The notes beneath the pieces are model-generated. The model was not told the DNA's origin and did no database searches. It worked only from the letters and a program-made list of their open reading frames with translations. 64,000 bases of DNA from the human T2T-CHM13v2.0 reference genome, Homo sapiens: assembly GCF_009914755.1 (NCBI RefSeq), contig NC_060930.1, one strand, 5' to 3'. Shown here piece by piece: positions 28,205-43,642 of the stretch. The first letter of the stretch is position 1. Every line of letters begins with the position of its first letter. A program made the position numbers and the translations under genes.

Positions 28205-29084
28205 AATCATCCATATATAAGGTTTTAAAAAACAAAGTGAACTATTTGGTTATTAATGTCCTCAACTGGGATTCAACACATGGTATTGAAAATGCTAACT
28301 TGCTATGTAGTCTCTTTTCCCTTTTTTTTTTTTAACCTTAGTTTCCTTTTCCTGAACTTAATGAAGATTCTAACTTAATGGTCAATTTCAGTAAACACAG
28401 CTCAGGTGGTTGGTACACCTATTTGATTCCCCTTTACATTAAAAAATAAATCTAATTAAATAATTGTATTTCATATATGTAATCTTTTAGAATAATAAAT
28501 TTATTTTGGAAGCTGGCAGGGCATCATTTACATAGAGGATAAATAATGAATTCTAAAAATTTTTGCAAATTACTTCCTGTAAAATGCAAAGGAGATGGAT
28601 GGACTGACTAGCATACTTTCTGGATTTAAATTTCTATTATTATGACTGGTTTTGAACAACTGTATGCAACCTTTCCATCAGAAAAATGAAAACTGGTTTA
28701 TCTTAAGTTAGGGTTTGAGTAAATTCTGAAAAATTTTGGTCTTTAAAAGAATCATGAAGAAGTTGCATTTTAAATATCGTCTAGCAATATAGTGTCTGAT
28801 AATTTTCAGTCAAGAGATCAGGAACACATTTTCAGGAAAGAAAAATCCCTGCTTTCTTGAATGGTGTCCCACATCACTTCTCTCACCCACCTGAAACTTT
28901 GCCTATAAATTACATTTGTCATCACAGAAATCAGAAAAACGTAAACACTAAGATTATGGTGCAAAGATGAAAGCCATTGCCTTTTTTAGAGTAAAAGAAG
29001 CTTTGTTAACCTAGAGTAAAAGAAGCACAGTTTATCTAGAGTAAAATCTCAAGGGATTAGCCACTGAGTTAAGGATGCAAGTAC

Positions 29085-29235
29085 AGCAGTGCTTTTCAAA
29101 CTTTAATGGGTTTACAAATCAAATAGTGATCTTGTGAAATGCAGATTGTGATTTAGTAGTTCTGAGATGGGGTCTGAGATCTTATATTTCTAACAAACTC
29201 CCAGTACTACCAATTCTACTGGTTTGGGGTCTCAG
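29085..29235. mobile_element. MER5A (hAT) DNA transposon relic
   Basis: CAGTGCTTTTCAAACTTTA...AAATGCAGATT...CTGAGAT...ATTTCTAACAAACTCCCAG. Confidence 0.75.
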
Positions 29236-30129
29236 GTAACAATAATGTACATAACTCTAATATTTGGGGTCAAGTAACGTTAACATTTTTGATATTAAAT
29301 TTACAAATGTTTAGAGGTCACTGGCTTTCCTAAACATTCACAGACTAAAGTTTTGATGGTTAAGGTGTGTGGTGTCAAGCTACTATTTTCAGCCATAAAT
29401 TGTCCCTTTACTGAGAGAATTTGTTTACTGGAATGAAACTAAATCTAACACACCAGGCCAACTGTGTCTACAGATTTGTGCACATAGGTTTTGGAGAAAA
29501 TAGAGAATTTCTTTATGTACCTGTGCTTTTTAACTTTCTTTATTTTGGATGCTCCAGATGACCCGATATAATCCAGGGGCAGCGGTAGAAAAAAGTTGGC
29601 TGCAGCAAGTTTATATGCTTTTTATTTTTTTGAAACAAATTTATATAGACTGTTTATAGATAAATATTGTAGAAATATTTAGTGGGGAAATGGAGACATT
29701 CATTAATAAGGAACCATTAAGTCATTAAGTTAATGTAAAAGCTGAGAAGACTATCACCATAGAACTGAAAAATATTTTTTATTTGTCCCTCTCCTTGAGA
29801 TGTAGCCTCAGCATTGCTATTGATAGTGACTTTATTACGTGAATTCCAGAGCACAGCTCAAAATCTGTTCCCTTGTTGATAATGAATAATTTGTAAACAT
29901 AATATTCACAATTGTTAAAGCTTTTCAAAGGCAATATAGATGGTATTTCAATACAATCCTAGTTAAGACTGATTTCATTCAAATCTAATGTAAAAGCCTT
30001 ACTTAATTTTATAGAGGAATGATAATATTAATTACAATTTTATATGAAAATTTAGACATAAAAAGTTAAGAACACAAAAGTTGTCAGGAACAGAGTTGAG
30101 AATAGGCTGGTTATCTCAGAATAGTGTCC

Positions 30130-30272
30130 TGTAGATTAAGGATGGATCTGCCTTCCCAAGCCCACTGACTCAAATGTTAGTCTCTTTTGGCAACACCCTC
30201 ACAGACACACCCAGGATCAATACTTTGTATCCTTCAATGCAATCAAGTTGACACTCAGTATTAACCAACACA
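30130..30272 (-). mobile_element. Truncated 3' LTR (MLT2A)
   Basis: Direct repeat of ~36584-36723 (AGATTAAGG.TGGATCTGCC...GTTGACACTCAGTATTAAC). Confidence 0.92.
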
Positions 30273-30469
30273 AGTCCACCCTTTGTCAACCTGAACCCAT
30301 ACACATCTCCTGAGATCATACATAATCTTCAAATGAAGACAATAATGAGGTTGTAATTATGCCTAACATAATACAACTATCCTTTGTACAACCAGAAATG
30401 CACCAATCCCCAACCCAAAAGCTATTACATAAAGTTAACAATACTTAAATGCTGATGTGAAGTCAATAA

Positions 30470-30807
<338 letters not shown>

Positions 30808-31191
30808 AAGACATTTTCTTAGTACAAGTGTATACATGCACAAACATGTTTTTAACAAAAGAAGGAAACGCTCATGACAATTACAGTTCTCGTTTCTGCA
30901 GCTGGTCATGTGGTCATAACTGGTATTGATGACTACCTTCTTCTACTACCCATTCTGTATTCCCTTTACCTTCAGCAAGTATCTCAACAGGTCGTGGTTT
31001 TTTTCCTGATGGAGAGACCTAAACCTTCATTCCTGAAGGGTCTGGACCATTTGTAGTCCTGCCTGGATTGGGCTGTTGTAGTTTCCCATTGACCTTAATA
31101 GCAGGGCATGGTAATACTGAGTCACCCTAATGGATCTCCTGTATTCCATGCGTACATTTCTTTACCTTGGTTATGGAGTAGTAGACTGATT

Positions 31192-31512
31192 TCATCTATA
31201 GTCTGAGGCAATCACAGCAGCCAACACTGTAGCTCCCTTCTTTGCCTGTTTACTTAAAGGTAGAAGGACCCCAAAGTGTCCAGGTGGCAATCTTAACTTC
31301 CAGTTTAATGGGATCGTTGTTGCAACTCCTGGTGGCAGCTTTCCTCCCTCTGGAACTGAGGTCTCTAGGCCAGCAGAATGTAATGTTGCGGGAACAGGAA
31401 GCAAAAATTTTGCTAGTGGATCACTAGGGGTGATGGCGAGTGGTGCCACTTCCACTTCCACCTCTTGATTGCTGAATCCGTGAACTCTGGCTATGGGAGG
31501 AAACAATACCAT
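31192..31512 (-). pseudogene. HERV-L integrase C-terminus/dUTPase remnant
   Basis: TTIPLNWKLRLPPGHFGVLLPLSKQAKKGATVLAAVIASDY resembles a retroviral dUTPase; the position after integrase is the established ERV-L layout. Confidence 0.8.
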
Positions 31513-31519
31513 ATATTGG

Positions 31520-34300
31520 ATGCTGATTCAGAGCATACATGGCTTTCTGGAGAACTTTTCCCTAGCCCTGCAAAATATTGTCACGTAGTTGGCATTGTAA
31601 TTGTGACTTCAAAAGACCATTCCCCTGTTCTATCAATGCAGCTGCTTCAGGATGATGGCAAACATGGTAAGACTAGTGAATTCCATGAGCATGAACCCAC
31701 TGCCGCACTTCTTTAGCCATAAGGTGAGTGCCTTTGTCAGAGGCAATGCTGTGTGGAATATCATGACAGTGGATAAGGCATTCTAGGAGTCCACAGATGG
31801 TAGTCTTGGTAGAAGCATTGTGTGCAGGAGAGGCAAACCCATATCCAGAGTAAGTGTCTATTCCAGTGAGGACAAACCTCTGCCCTTTCCATGATGGAAG
31901 AGGTCCAATATAACCAACTTGCCACTAGGTTGCTGGCTGATCACCCTGAGGAATGGTGCCATATCGAGGGCTCAGTATTGGTCTCTGCTGCTGGCAATTG
32001 GGCACTCAGCAGTGGCTGTAACCAGGTCAGTCTTGGTGAGTGAAAGTCCATGTTGCTGAGTCCATGTGTAACCTCCATCCCTGCCACTATGGCCACTTTG
32101 TTCGTGGGCCTATTGGACGATGACAGGGGTGGCTGGGGAAAAAGGCTGAGTGGTGTCCACAGAACCGGTTATCCTATCCATTTGATTATTAAACTCCTCC
32201 TCTGCTGAGGTCACCCGTTGGTGAGTACTCACATGGGAAACAAATATCTTCACAGTTTTTGACCACTCAGAGAGGTCCATCCACTTACCTCTTCTGCAAA
32301 TTTCTTTGTTACCAATTTTCCAATCACGCTTCTTTCAAGTCCCTGACCATCCAGCCAAACCATTGGCTATAGCTCCTGAATCAGCATATAAACACACATC
32401 TGGCCATTTCTCCTTCCATGCAAAGTGCACAACCAGGTGCACTGCTCGAAGTTCTGCCCACTGGGAAGATTGCCCTTCACCACTGTCCTTCAGGGATGTC
32501 CTAGAAAGGGGCTCTAATGCTACAGCTGTCCACTTACGGGTGGTGCCAGCCTGTCATGCAGAACCATCTGTGAACCAGGCCCTAGTCTTCTCTTCCTCTG
32601 TCAACTGATCATAGGGAACTCCCCATGAGGCCATCGGTGCAGGCTTGGGGAGAGAAGGCAGGGTGACAGGAGTGGAGACCATGGGCATTTGAGCCACTTC
32701 CTCATGTAACTTACTTGTGCCTTCAGGACCTGCCCAAGCCTGATCACGTATATACCACTTCCATTTGATGATGGAATGCTGCTGTGCATGACCCACTTTA
32801 TGGCTAGATGGGTCAGAAAGCACCCAGGTCAGAAAGCACCCAGTTCATGATAGGCAGTTCAGGTCACATGGTGACTTCATGACCCATAGTCAAACGTTCA
32901 GTTTCTACCAAAGCCCAGTAATAGGCCAAGAGCTCTCTCTCAAAAGGAGACTAGTTATCTAGTTATCTGCAGAAGATGGCAGGGCCTTGCTCCAAAATCC
33001 TGGAGGCCTTCACTGTGATTCACCTATGAGAGCCTGCCAAAGGCTCCAAACAGCATCCCTATTTGCCACTGACACCTCAAGCACCATTGGATCTGTCGGG
33101 TCATATGGCCCAAGTGGCAAAGCAGATTGCACAGCAGCCTGGACCTGTTGCAGAGCCTTCTCCTGTTCTGGACCCCACTCAAAATTGGCAGCCTTTCGGG
33201 TCACTTGATAAATGGGCTGGAGTAATACACCCAAATGAGGAATGTGTTACTTTCAAAATCCAAATAGACCCACCAGGTGTTGTACATCTTTCTTGGTTTT
33301 GGGAGGGGCCAAATGCAGCAACTTATCCTTCACTTTAGAAAGAATATCTTGACAGGCCCCACACCACTGGACCCCTAGAAATTTTACTGAGGTAGAAAGT
33401 CCCTGAATTTTAGTAAGATTTATTTCTCATCCTCTGGCATGGAAATGTCTCACCAACAAGTCCAGTGCGTTTGCTACTTCTGGCTCACTGGATCCAATGA
33501 GCACAATATAATCAATGTAATGGCCCAGCGCGATATCTTGTAGAAGCGAAAAGTGATCAAAGTCTCTCTGAATAAGATTATGACATAAAGCTGGAGAGTT
33601 GATATAGCCCTAAGGTGGGACAGTAAAGATATATTGCTGGCCTTGCCAGCTGAAGGCAAATCACTTCTGTTGGACCTTATGGACAGGAATGGAGAAAAAG
33701 GGATTTACCAAGTCAATGGCTGCATACAAGGTACCAGGAGATGTGTTAATCTGCTTAACTAATGAAACCATATCTGGTACAGCAGCTGCAATTGGGGTCA
33801 CCACTTGGTCAAGCTTACAATAATCCACTGTCATTCTCCAAGATCCATCTGTCTTCTGCACAGGCCAAATGAAAGAGTTGAATGGGGATGTGGTGGGAAT
33901 CACCACACCTGTGTCTTTCAAGTCCCTGATGGTGGTACTAATCTCTGCAATCTCTCCAGGGATGCAATATTGCTTTTGATTTACTATTTTTCTAGGTAAA
34001 GGCAACTCTAATGGTTTCCATTTGGCCTTTCCCACCATGTAGCCTTCCCTCACCCTACCAGTCAGGGAGCCAATGTGGGAGTTCTGCCAGCTGCAATTAT
34101 GCATTCTGGCACTGGGGAAATGACCACAGGATGAGTCTGGGGACCAACTGGACCCACTGTAAGCTGGACCTGAGCTAAAACTCCATTAATTACCTGACCT
34201 CCGTAAGCCCCTACTTTAACTGGAGGAACACAGTGACATTTTGGGTCCCCTGGAATCAACATCAGCTCAGAGCCAGTGTCCAGTAGTCCCCAAAATGTCT
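31520..34300 (-). pseudogene. HERV-L pro-pol remnant
   Basis: Protease GLLDTGSEL (~34263-34289); [25 protein letters not shown]; YIDD decayed to YIDY (33508-33519); RNase H AWFTDGSA; integrase LTGIDTYSGYGFA (~31833-31870). Multiple stops and frameshifts. Confidence 0.92.
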
Positions 34301-34399
34301 AATCATTTCCCTTTCCCCACTGCACAGTTACCCTGGTAAAAGGCTGGAGGTCTCCTTGGGGAAGGATGGGAGAAAGATTCACTGCATAAATTGTTGGCA

Positions 34400-36100
34400 A
34401 TGTAGTGGAGTCCTTCCTCAAGGGCACCCAGCCTCCCCTTCACTCAAGGGGTTCTGGATCTGTAAACTGACTCAAGTATGGAAATTGATTGAAAGGCTGT
34501 GATTCTCTGTTTTATAATTCAAATTAGTCTTCTGTCCATTCGACCTAGAAGTTTTCTGTTTGTAAAATTTAAGTAGGCATGCAGTAGGCTTCCTATCAAT
34601 TTAACTTCTGGGAACACTGTGATTAATTAGCCAATGCCAGAGCTCTACACAAGTCAGACTATTCTGATTGCTGCTTTGCCTCTGCTGACCATTACAGTAG
34701 CTACACCCACCTTGCCTTTCACAGTTGAGTGCTGCCACTTGGCTCCTCCCACCTCGGGATTCAATTATTCCCATTGTATTTAAATTTTGTAGTTGAGTGA
34801 CTGCGGTTCCCACCATTAGATCTGACATACAGAGAAGAACAATTACAGGGCTCTTCAAAGATGCAGGTGCTGCCCTCACAAATTTATTTTGCAAGAGATT
34901 GGTGAAGGGTATATCTTCTGTCTGAACCCTCCCAGCTGGGATGAGTAGGTCTAAAGTGACTAATCCACTCCACCATCCCAATCTCCCTAAGCCTTTCGAT
35001 CCCTTCCTCTACATTAAACCAAGGGAGATCAGGCATTTCCAGCTCGCTCACAATGGGCCATCATTTAATCCATATTTCAGCTAACCAAACAAATAAACTA
35101 TTATAATCTTTTTTTTAACTCCCTGAGCTGCAACATTAAATGCAATGCAGAGTCCCTACTTAGTGGGCCCAAATCAATAAATTCAGCCTGATCCAATTCT
35201 ATGTTCCTTCCACCATTATCCCATACCCCTAATATCCATTCCCATGCCTGTTCTCCAGATTTGTGTTTATATGAATTAAAGAACTCAAACAGTTCTTTTC
35301 AAGTGTAGTGCACCTCCTCATGGGTCACATTCTCAACCTCACCTCTAGGGTCCACTGGTAGCTTAGTCTCGTTATATGTCTGGAAGCAAACAGAGGTGTT
35401 GGGGGTGGCTTCTGAGGAGAATCAACATTATCTTGTCTGGCAATTGCCTCAGGGGAGGCCATCGCTGTTGCCTCAAGCAGCACAGGGTTTGTCTCCTCAG
35501 ACAGAGGTGGAAAGGCTGATGGCAGCATGGGTCAGGAAGGGGATGTTGCCACTACTGGGGATGGGGAAGCTGTTTCTTCTGGCAAAAAAGGTTCATCAGA
35601 ATTTACAAATTCAGTATCCCCAGCTTTATCAGGGTCCTCCCACACATCCCCATTCCAAGTTGCAGGGTCCCATTCTTTTCCAATCAATGCCCTCACTTTA
35701 ACAGTAGACACCTGGTGAGGCTGTGCATGCATTTTTCATTGCAGGTCAGCCACTCGCACGATAAGAGCTTATATCTGTTTTTCCACAATTTCAGCTTTTT
35801 CTCTACAGGAGATAAGACTCACTCAGGGCAATCTTAGCACATTTGAGGCTCAGTATCTGCTTTTGAAGCCAGGAGACAGAATCCCTTCATTCATCATTTT
35901 CTTTCATCACTTTGTCCACTGAACTTAGGAGCAACCAACCAGCTTCATTATGTTCCTTGGTTCTCCACATATGGTCAAAAGTATTATGTATATGGTCACC
36001 TCACTCTGCCTGTCATGAGCAGTGAATCAGGAGTGTCAAATGGATTTATTTTGTATAACTCTCTAAACAGTTGCCGCTAAGCACTATCAGTGTTCTCTAT
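34400..36100 (-). pseudogene. HERV-L gag remnant
   Basis: VKVRALIGKEWDPATWNGDVWED and NKFVRAAPASLKSPV are ERV-L gag-like peptides. Confidence 0.85.
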
Positions 36101-36234
36101 ACTATTAGTAGTAGAGTCCCTAGCATTTTTGGGTCTAATCATATTAAGCAGCCAACTCCAGAAACCCCAAAACCAATGAAAGAACTCCATCCTTAATATT
36201 CTGTTCCTCTAGAACCACTGCTGCTACCAAAATC

Positions 36235-36723
36235 TGTATTAGTCAGGGTTATTTTACAGGGACAGAACTAATAGGATATATCTATATCTATATCTATATC
36301 TATATCTATATCTATAGCTATAGCTATATCTATCTATACAAAGGGGAGTTTATTAAGTATTAGCTTACATGATCACAAGGTCCCACAATAGGCTGCCTGC
36401 AAGCTGAGGATCAAGGTAAGCCAGTATGAGTCCCAAAACTGAAGAACTTGGAGTCTGATGTTCAAGGACAGGAAGCATCCAGCATGGGAGAAAGATGTAG
36501 GCTGGGAGGCTAGGCCTGTCTCTCCTTTTCACATTTTTCTGCCTGCTTTATATTTGCTGGCAGCTGATTAGATTGTGGCCACCAGATTAAGGGTGGATCT
36601 GCCTTTCCCAGCCCACTGACTCAACTGTTAATCTCTTTTGGCAACACCCTCACAGACACACCCAGGATCAATAGTTTGTATCCATCAATCCAATTAAGTT
36701 GACACTCAGTATTAACTATCACA
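36235..36723 (-). mobile_element. 5' LTR, MLT2A (A1-like), with internal (TATATC)n
   Basis: Minus strand begins TGTGATAGTTAATACTGAGTGTCAAC and ends CTAATACA, followed by the HERV-L leader GATTTTGGTAGCAGCAGTGGTTCTAGAGG. Confidence 0.92.
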
Positions 36724-36899
36724 GACTGAGAAGAAACCACTTGAGGGAGCATAGGGAACAACAAGAAAAGGGCACAAAGAGCTGGGATTAGTTCTTGTTC
36801 CTTGCAGCAAAAGTGGAAAACCTCGTAATTCAAGAGACATCAGATAGAGTATTCAAAAAGTCATTACCTCAGAAGAGGGGCAAAATAAGCCCTAGATAA

Positions 36900-37745
36900 A
36901 TTACTTCTTTCTAATACTACCTCACAAAACTTAATAGACAGACTCAGACAGATAAAGTCATTTCAGGTAACATAACTATGACCAAGACCAACATTAAGGA
37001 ATACTAATAGAAAAACAAAAATATCTATCACCCACCATAAATGATAAAATCATGATGTCTGGAATCTAATAAAAAATGAGTAGGCATGCAGGGAAGCAGG
37101 AAATATGACCCATAATGAAGAGAAAAAAACCAATCAATAGTAACAAATTCCAAATTGACACAGATAATAGAATTAATAGATGAGGACATTATGAAAGTTA
37201 TAGTAACTATATCTCATATGCTCATGAAAATTGAGGAAAGATTGAGCATGTTAAATAGAGATACGGAAGACATGGAAAAAAACCAGATCATCAAATTTCT
37301 TTAGATAATGAATGCATTGTATAAACTAACAGCAGTTTAAATATGACAGAGTAAAAAAAAAAAATCAGTGAACTGTAAGGCATAGCAATAGAACTATGAA
37401 AAATAAAACACAGAAAGAAAAAGGGCCCCAAATAATGAACAGGACATTAATGATCTGTGGGACAACTTCAGGCAGCCCAAGCACATGTGGAATTAGAGTC
37501 ACCAAAGGAGATGGGTTGAAGGAATAATTATATGAAGAAATGAGCGAAATGTTTCCAACCCAAGAAAGTCAATAGGCCTCAAGTTTGTCAAGAAAATTAT
37601 ATCAAGGATATAATATTAAAATGACTTAAAATTATTAATAAAGAAAACTTAAAAGAAATTAGAGAAAAAGAGTTTGTACATGGCACAAAGTTAAGCAACT
37701 TTTTTAAAGTATTGGAAAAATAACCTCTCACCCTAGAATTCTGTA
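36900..37745 (+). mobile_element. Old L1M ORF1-region fragment
   Basis: A-rich; TGATCTGTGGGACAACTTCAGG...GGAATTAGAGTCACCAAAGGAGA and CCTAGAATTCTGTATC are ORF1-like. Confidence 0.65.
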
Positions 37746-37790
37746 TCAATATCTTCCTTACTACTCAAGAAAAGGGATCTCCATCAAGTA

Positions 37791-38223
37791 CTACTGACAC
37801 TTGAACAACACAGATTTGAACTGCGTGGGTCCACTTATCTGTAGAGTTTCTTCCACCTCTACCACCTCTGAGATGTCAAGACCAACCCCTCCTCTTCCTC
37901 TTCCTCCTACTCAGCCTAATCAACATGAAGATGATGAGGATGAAGACCTTTATAATGATGGATTTCCACTTAATATATAGTATATATATTGTCTCTTCCT
38001 TATGACTTTCTTACTAACATTTTCTTTTGTCTGGCTTACTTTATCAGTATATAGTACATATAACATACAAAACTGTGTTAATCAACTGTTTGTGTTATCA
38101 ATAAGGCTTCTGGACAACAGTAGCTATTAGTAGTTGTGTTCTGGGGGAGTCAAAAGTTATATGAGGATTTTCAACAGGCGAGGGTTCAGTGCCCTTAACC
38201 CAGTGTTGTTTAAGGGTCACCTG
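37791..38223 (+). mobile_element. Tigger2a/MER28-type non-autonomous DNA transposon
   Basis: TIRs TGACACTTGAACAACAC / GTGTTGTTTAAGGGTCACCTG, TA on both sides, 433 bp. Confidence 0.85.
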
Positions 38224-38793
38224 TAGTTTGGAATCAATTAGGAAAGCATGGAGTCCTCCCTTTTCTTTCCTTCCAAGCTCTTCCCTTCCTTTCCCTTCAT
38301 TTTTTTTTTTTTTTATAAATACAAGGTTGGGAAAAAGATTTATCTTATGCATATCTATTAACTGGTAGTCCTGAAGTCTGGTTGTAAAGGAAGATATTTA
38401 CTCCTAGGAATCATAGCGGTGCTTCAACTCAAACCACTGGAAATTATTCTCAGACATTATTATCTCCCTAAGATTCTTTTCTGTGATGTAAATTACTGTG
38501 CTTCACCTTCCTATGGCTGAACCCAAATAGTGTTTCACAAGAAGCTACTAATAGGGCCAGTGTGGACTTAAAACCACTTAGGACTCATAGAAGAAGCTCA
38601 AGTGGTTGGGAATGGGAAGATGAAAAAGATACAGAAAGGAGACAGGCTTTGTTTTCTCTAACATTTTGTCTATAGAGCTGTAGCTAATGAGAATCATAAG
38701 ATGCATCTTAGCCTCAATGTTCTGAGAAATGTTGATGCCAGAGATTGTATTTCAACAGTTAAGATGCTTTAAGGAATACAACTTTTGTTGTTA

Positions 38794-39323
<530 letters not shown>

Positions 39324-39765
39324 TTAAGTCCAATTCCCCAGGAACATCTCAAAAGCTTCTCTTTTTTAAAAGACTCCATCCACCCCAACTCTGAACAGTG
39401 ATACAGGAGCTATGGTTAAATTAGAGTTTATCTAAATTAAAAAGACCTAATTCATTTTATAAGACAACTTAACATTCATTATATTTATCTATAGTTATTG
39501 AGTAATTTGGGATCATAATAAATAATATCTAATACGAATAACATAAATGTCATAAAGGTGCTACTTACTGGAGTTCTGATAAAATGTATATTTTCCAATT
39601 TAATAAGATAAGGCATGAGAGACATCAGGATTTCCCATGTTAGAAGTTGTGAATTCATTTTTTAATTATGAGCATCTAATCTTAGATCTAACCCAATCTT
39701 AGATTTTATGTATCCGTGCACAGAAGAAATTCACATAAAAGTATATTGAAAAAATTTGAAAGACA

Positions 39766-40069
39766 TTTCTTTTTTTCTTTTCTTTTGAGACAGAGTCTCA
39801 CTCTGTTGCTTAGGCTAGAGTACAGTGGTGCTATCTCAACTCACTGCAACCTCCACCTCCTGAGTTCAAGCGATTCTCCTGCCTCAGACTCTCTGGAGTA
39901 GCTGCAATTATAGGTATGTGCTACCACGCCCGGCTAATTTATGGATTTTTAGTAGAGATGGGGTTTTGCCACGTTGGCCAGGCAGGTCTTGAACTCGTGG
40001 CCTCAAGTGTTCCGCCCACCTTGGCCTCCCAAAGTGCTGGGATTACAGGCATGAACGACCACTCCTGGC
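39766..40069 (-). mobile_element. AluS
   Basis: Full antisense Alu. Confidence 0.92.
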
Positions 40070-42264
40070 TTTCAACTACATTTTTTACAGGTATTAGTAC
40101 AAATAAAGCTTATTTGGGCAAATAACTTACCACATACTTATTAGTCACGAAAATATCTTTGGTAAGTTGTGATTTCTTTAATTATTTTTGGTGTTTTGTT
40201 ATGTGTTAAGGTCATCCTGTTGAATGGAGAAGAGAGGTGGGAGAATGGTTAGTGTGTGTGTGTACTTATGGTCAAATAAAAAGGTGCACATTAGCTTACT
40301 TACATATTTATACAAAAATATTTATTAGATACCAACTCTGTGCCAAACACAGATGCTGCACCATTAAATGGTTAGTTGGTTAGGGTTAGCAATTCATGTA
40401 CTGGTCCTGAAACATTCAGAGTTGTCTCATTTACTTGAAGAAGTTAGAAAATACCAATTTTGGAATAGAAGAATCTCATGCTGACAGTGATAGTAGAGTT
40501 AGACAATACACATGAAAAGTTTTAAGGGCATGTCAAAAACTTAAGAGAATAATATTTTTCTTTTAAAATTGCCATACTCCCCAAACACATGGAGGAAAGT
40601 CTGTAAGATTGGATGGCAACTTGGCACATTTGAATGAATTGATCAGAAATGGAGAAAAATTCCTCAATAAGTTTCCCAAAGTAGAAGATTTGTGCACAGG
40701 AATTTGAAGAAATTAAGTGACACTGCTTAAGAACAGAAGGTAATGAAAATAAATACATCCCCTTGCACCAATTATGAAAATTAGAAAAAAAGAGGTCACA
40801 TGGAGTGTCAAGTTGATGAGTTTATTTGGAAAGCAGGATTTGTGCTGGGAAGTGATAAGAATTAGTTAGTTGGAGGTGGATGGGTAAAGTGTTCTAAATG
40901 TTGGGCTTAATTTCGATTTAATAAGGAGGCCAATTCAGAGACTTAAAGAAATTTAGAGCAGGATAATCCCTTAGTTCTTCATCTTCCCTTCAGTCATAAG
41001 AAAACTAATTTTACTCAGATTACACAGCCTTGAGTGGCATTGCCAGTTGGGATCAGAACCCAACATTTTCTGTTTTCTGTGTTCTTTTCATATGCCCTGC
41101 TACTCTGCAAAACAATGCCCTATTGATCAGGAGTGGGGAGAGACACATGACTACAATGGTAATGAAGGAATACTTTGTTAGGAAATTTCTATTTTAAATA
41201 CTGAAAAGAAATCAGTCTCTTTCCCATCCTTCTGCTTCTTACTTTATAGACTCTGATCTTCTAAAGGACAGTTGTGTCCCCAACTGTTTCATTGTCCAGC
41301 TTCTCCCTTGGTGAATGTGGGTCTGTAGCACCCTTTCTGCTATACAAAAGGAGCAGGGTCACTAACTAGTAGCACAGTCTGTGCCCCTTGTGCCCTAGGC
41401 CACTCTGTCACCCAAGCTTGGTTGCAGGACAACATACTTAGTGGCCTTTCAAAGATGGATGCTCCTGTAATCTGTTCCAAACCTCGGCTTAGTTATGCTG
41501 CTGCCCCTGCCACAATTTGGAATTCTCTCACATCATCACTCTGCAAATAATGGATGGAAGCTTTGGTGGAACTTATAGTTTCTGGTCTTTGATGGAATTT
41601 ATGTTCCTGTCCTGGAGCAGAAAGAAGAAAAAGCCAGAGAGTGTTATGCTTTTTAAAGAGAGTTCCATTTGTCTCTGGCAGCTACTTGAATATTCCTCAG
41701 AGTGTCTGTCAGCTGGAGGAAAAGTTAGCACTGATTTCGACATTTCCTTCTTCCCTCTCTAAGGATTTAAAAAATTTTCCTTTACAAGGTACGGCTTGAG
41801 AAACTAGCCCAGCCTCTCCCACAGGTGAATCTTATATTTCATATATAAGCCCTTCTGAATCTTATATTTTTAGGAAAGGGTGAGATATGGTCATCCTGTA
41901 GACTCTCCCTTAATACCAAGGAACCACATATGTCCTCTGGAATGGAGAGTGGGCGAATCCTCCCCTCCCCTCCAAGAGGGAAGCCAACTTCCTCAGTTCT
42001 TTGTAACCACACTTCTCACTGTCCCAGGTACATGACTTCTCAGTGGTTTTTGTCCCCAAGGCAGATAGCTACTCTCAGGGGTGTAAAGACTCTGGGCAGC
42101 TCTAATCTTCTGATTTTCATATGTATTAAATATCACAGTTTGAAAGCTTTAGAAACATTGATAAGGTTCATATTATTGTAGTTATCTTTGCCAAATAGAC
42201 CTGAAGAGCTATCATGCCAGTGTCATCCAGCCTTGCTATTCCTCTGGCCTCCATAGACTTGGCT

Positions 42265-43038
<774 letters not shown>

Positions 43039-43375
43039 ACCCTAAAAAAACTAACCCACCAGCATATAAAAACATGGAGTATGATGATGGTAACTACTGT
43101 CCACTTCTTCTGCCCAGGTGTCAGCCAGCCTGGCCCTAAAGAGATGTGAAAACTAGATCTCACTTGAAACCTTGCAGCCACATCCTTCTCCCTGCATCTC
43201 TTGGTCTTCCCTCAAAATACAAACTTCTGCATTTAGTCTTTCCCAAACTTTAATCCCTAGAAGGTAAATACTGATTCTTGCTTCACCCATGCAAGAATTT
43301 CTACTTTCTTCCACACAGCATTGGTTATATAATTTGCTGGGCTCAATGAAAGATGAAAATGCAAGTCCCCTTGGT

Positions 43376-43428
43376 AAAAAAAATAATAATAATAATAAAT
43401 AAATAAATAAAATAAAATAAAATAAAAT
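43376..43428. repeat. Compound (AAT)n(AAAT)n(AAAAT)n microsatellite
   Basis: Directly visible. Confidence 0.9.
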
Positions 43429-43491
43429 ATTTCAATGCAGGGACAGGGGAGCATTAAACATTGCACAGGGCCTTCTTAAAAGTAGATCCTG

Positions 43492-43610
43492 AGCAAGGCA
43501 TGTGGCTTATGCCTGAAATCCAAACACTGTGGAAGGCCAAGACGGGTGGATCGCTTGAGCCCAGGAGTTCGAGGCCAGCCTGGCCAACATAGCAAAACCC
43601 CGTCTCTACA

Positions 43611-43642
<32 letters not shown>

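Noticed and set aside
31192-31512. Domesticated HERV-L dUTPase
   Set aside because: The frame is short and ends prematurely, the motif 3 region appears degenerate (VIASDY), and the surrounding provirus is uniformly decayed.
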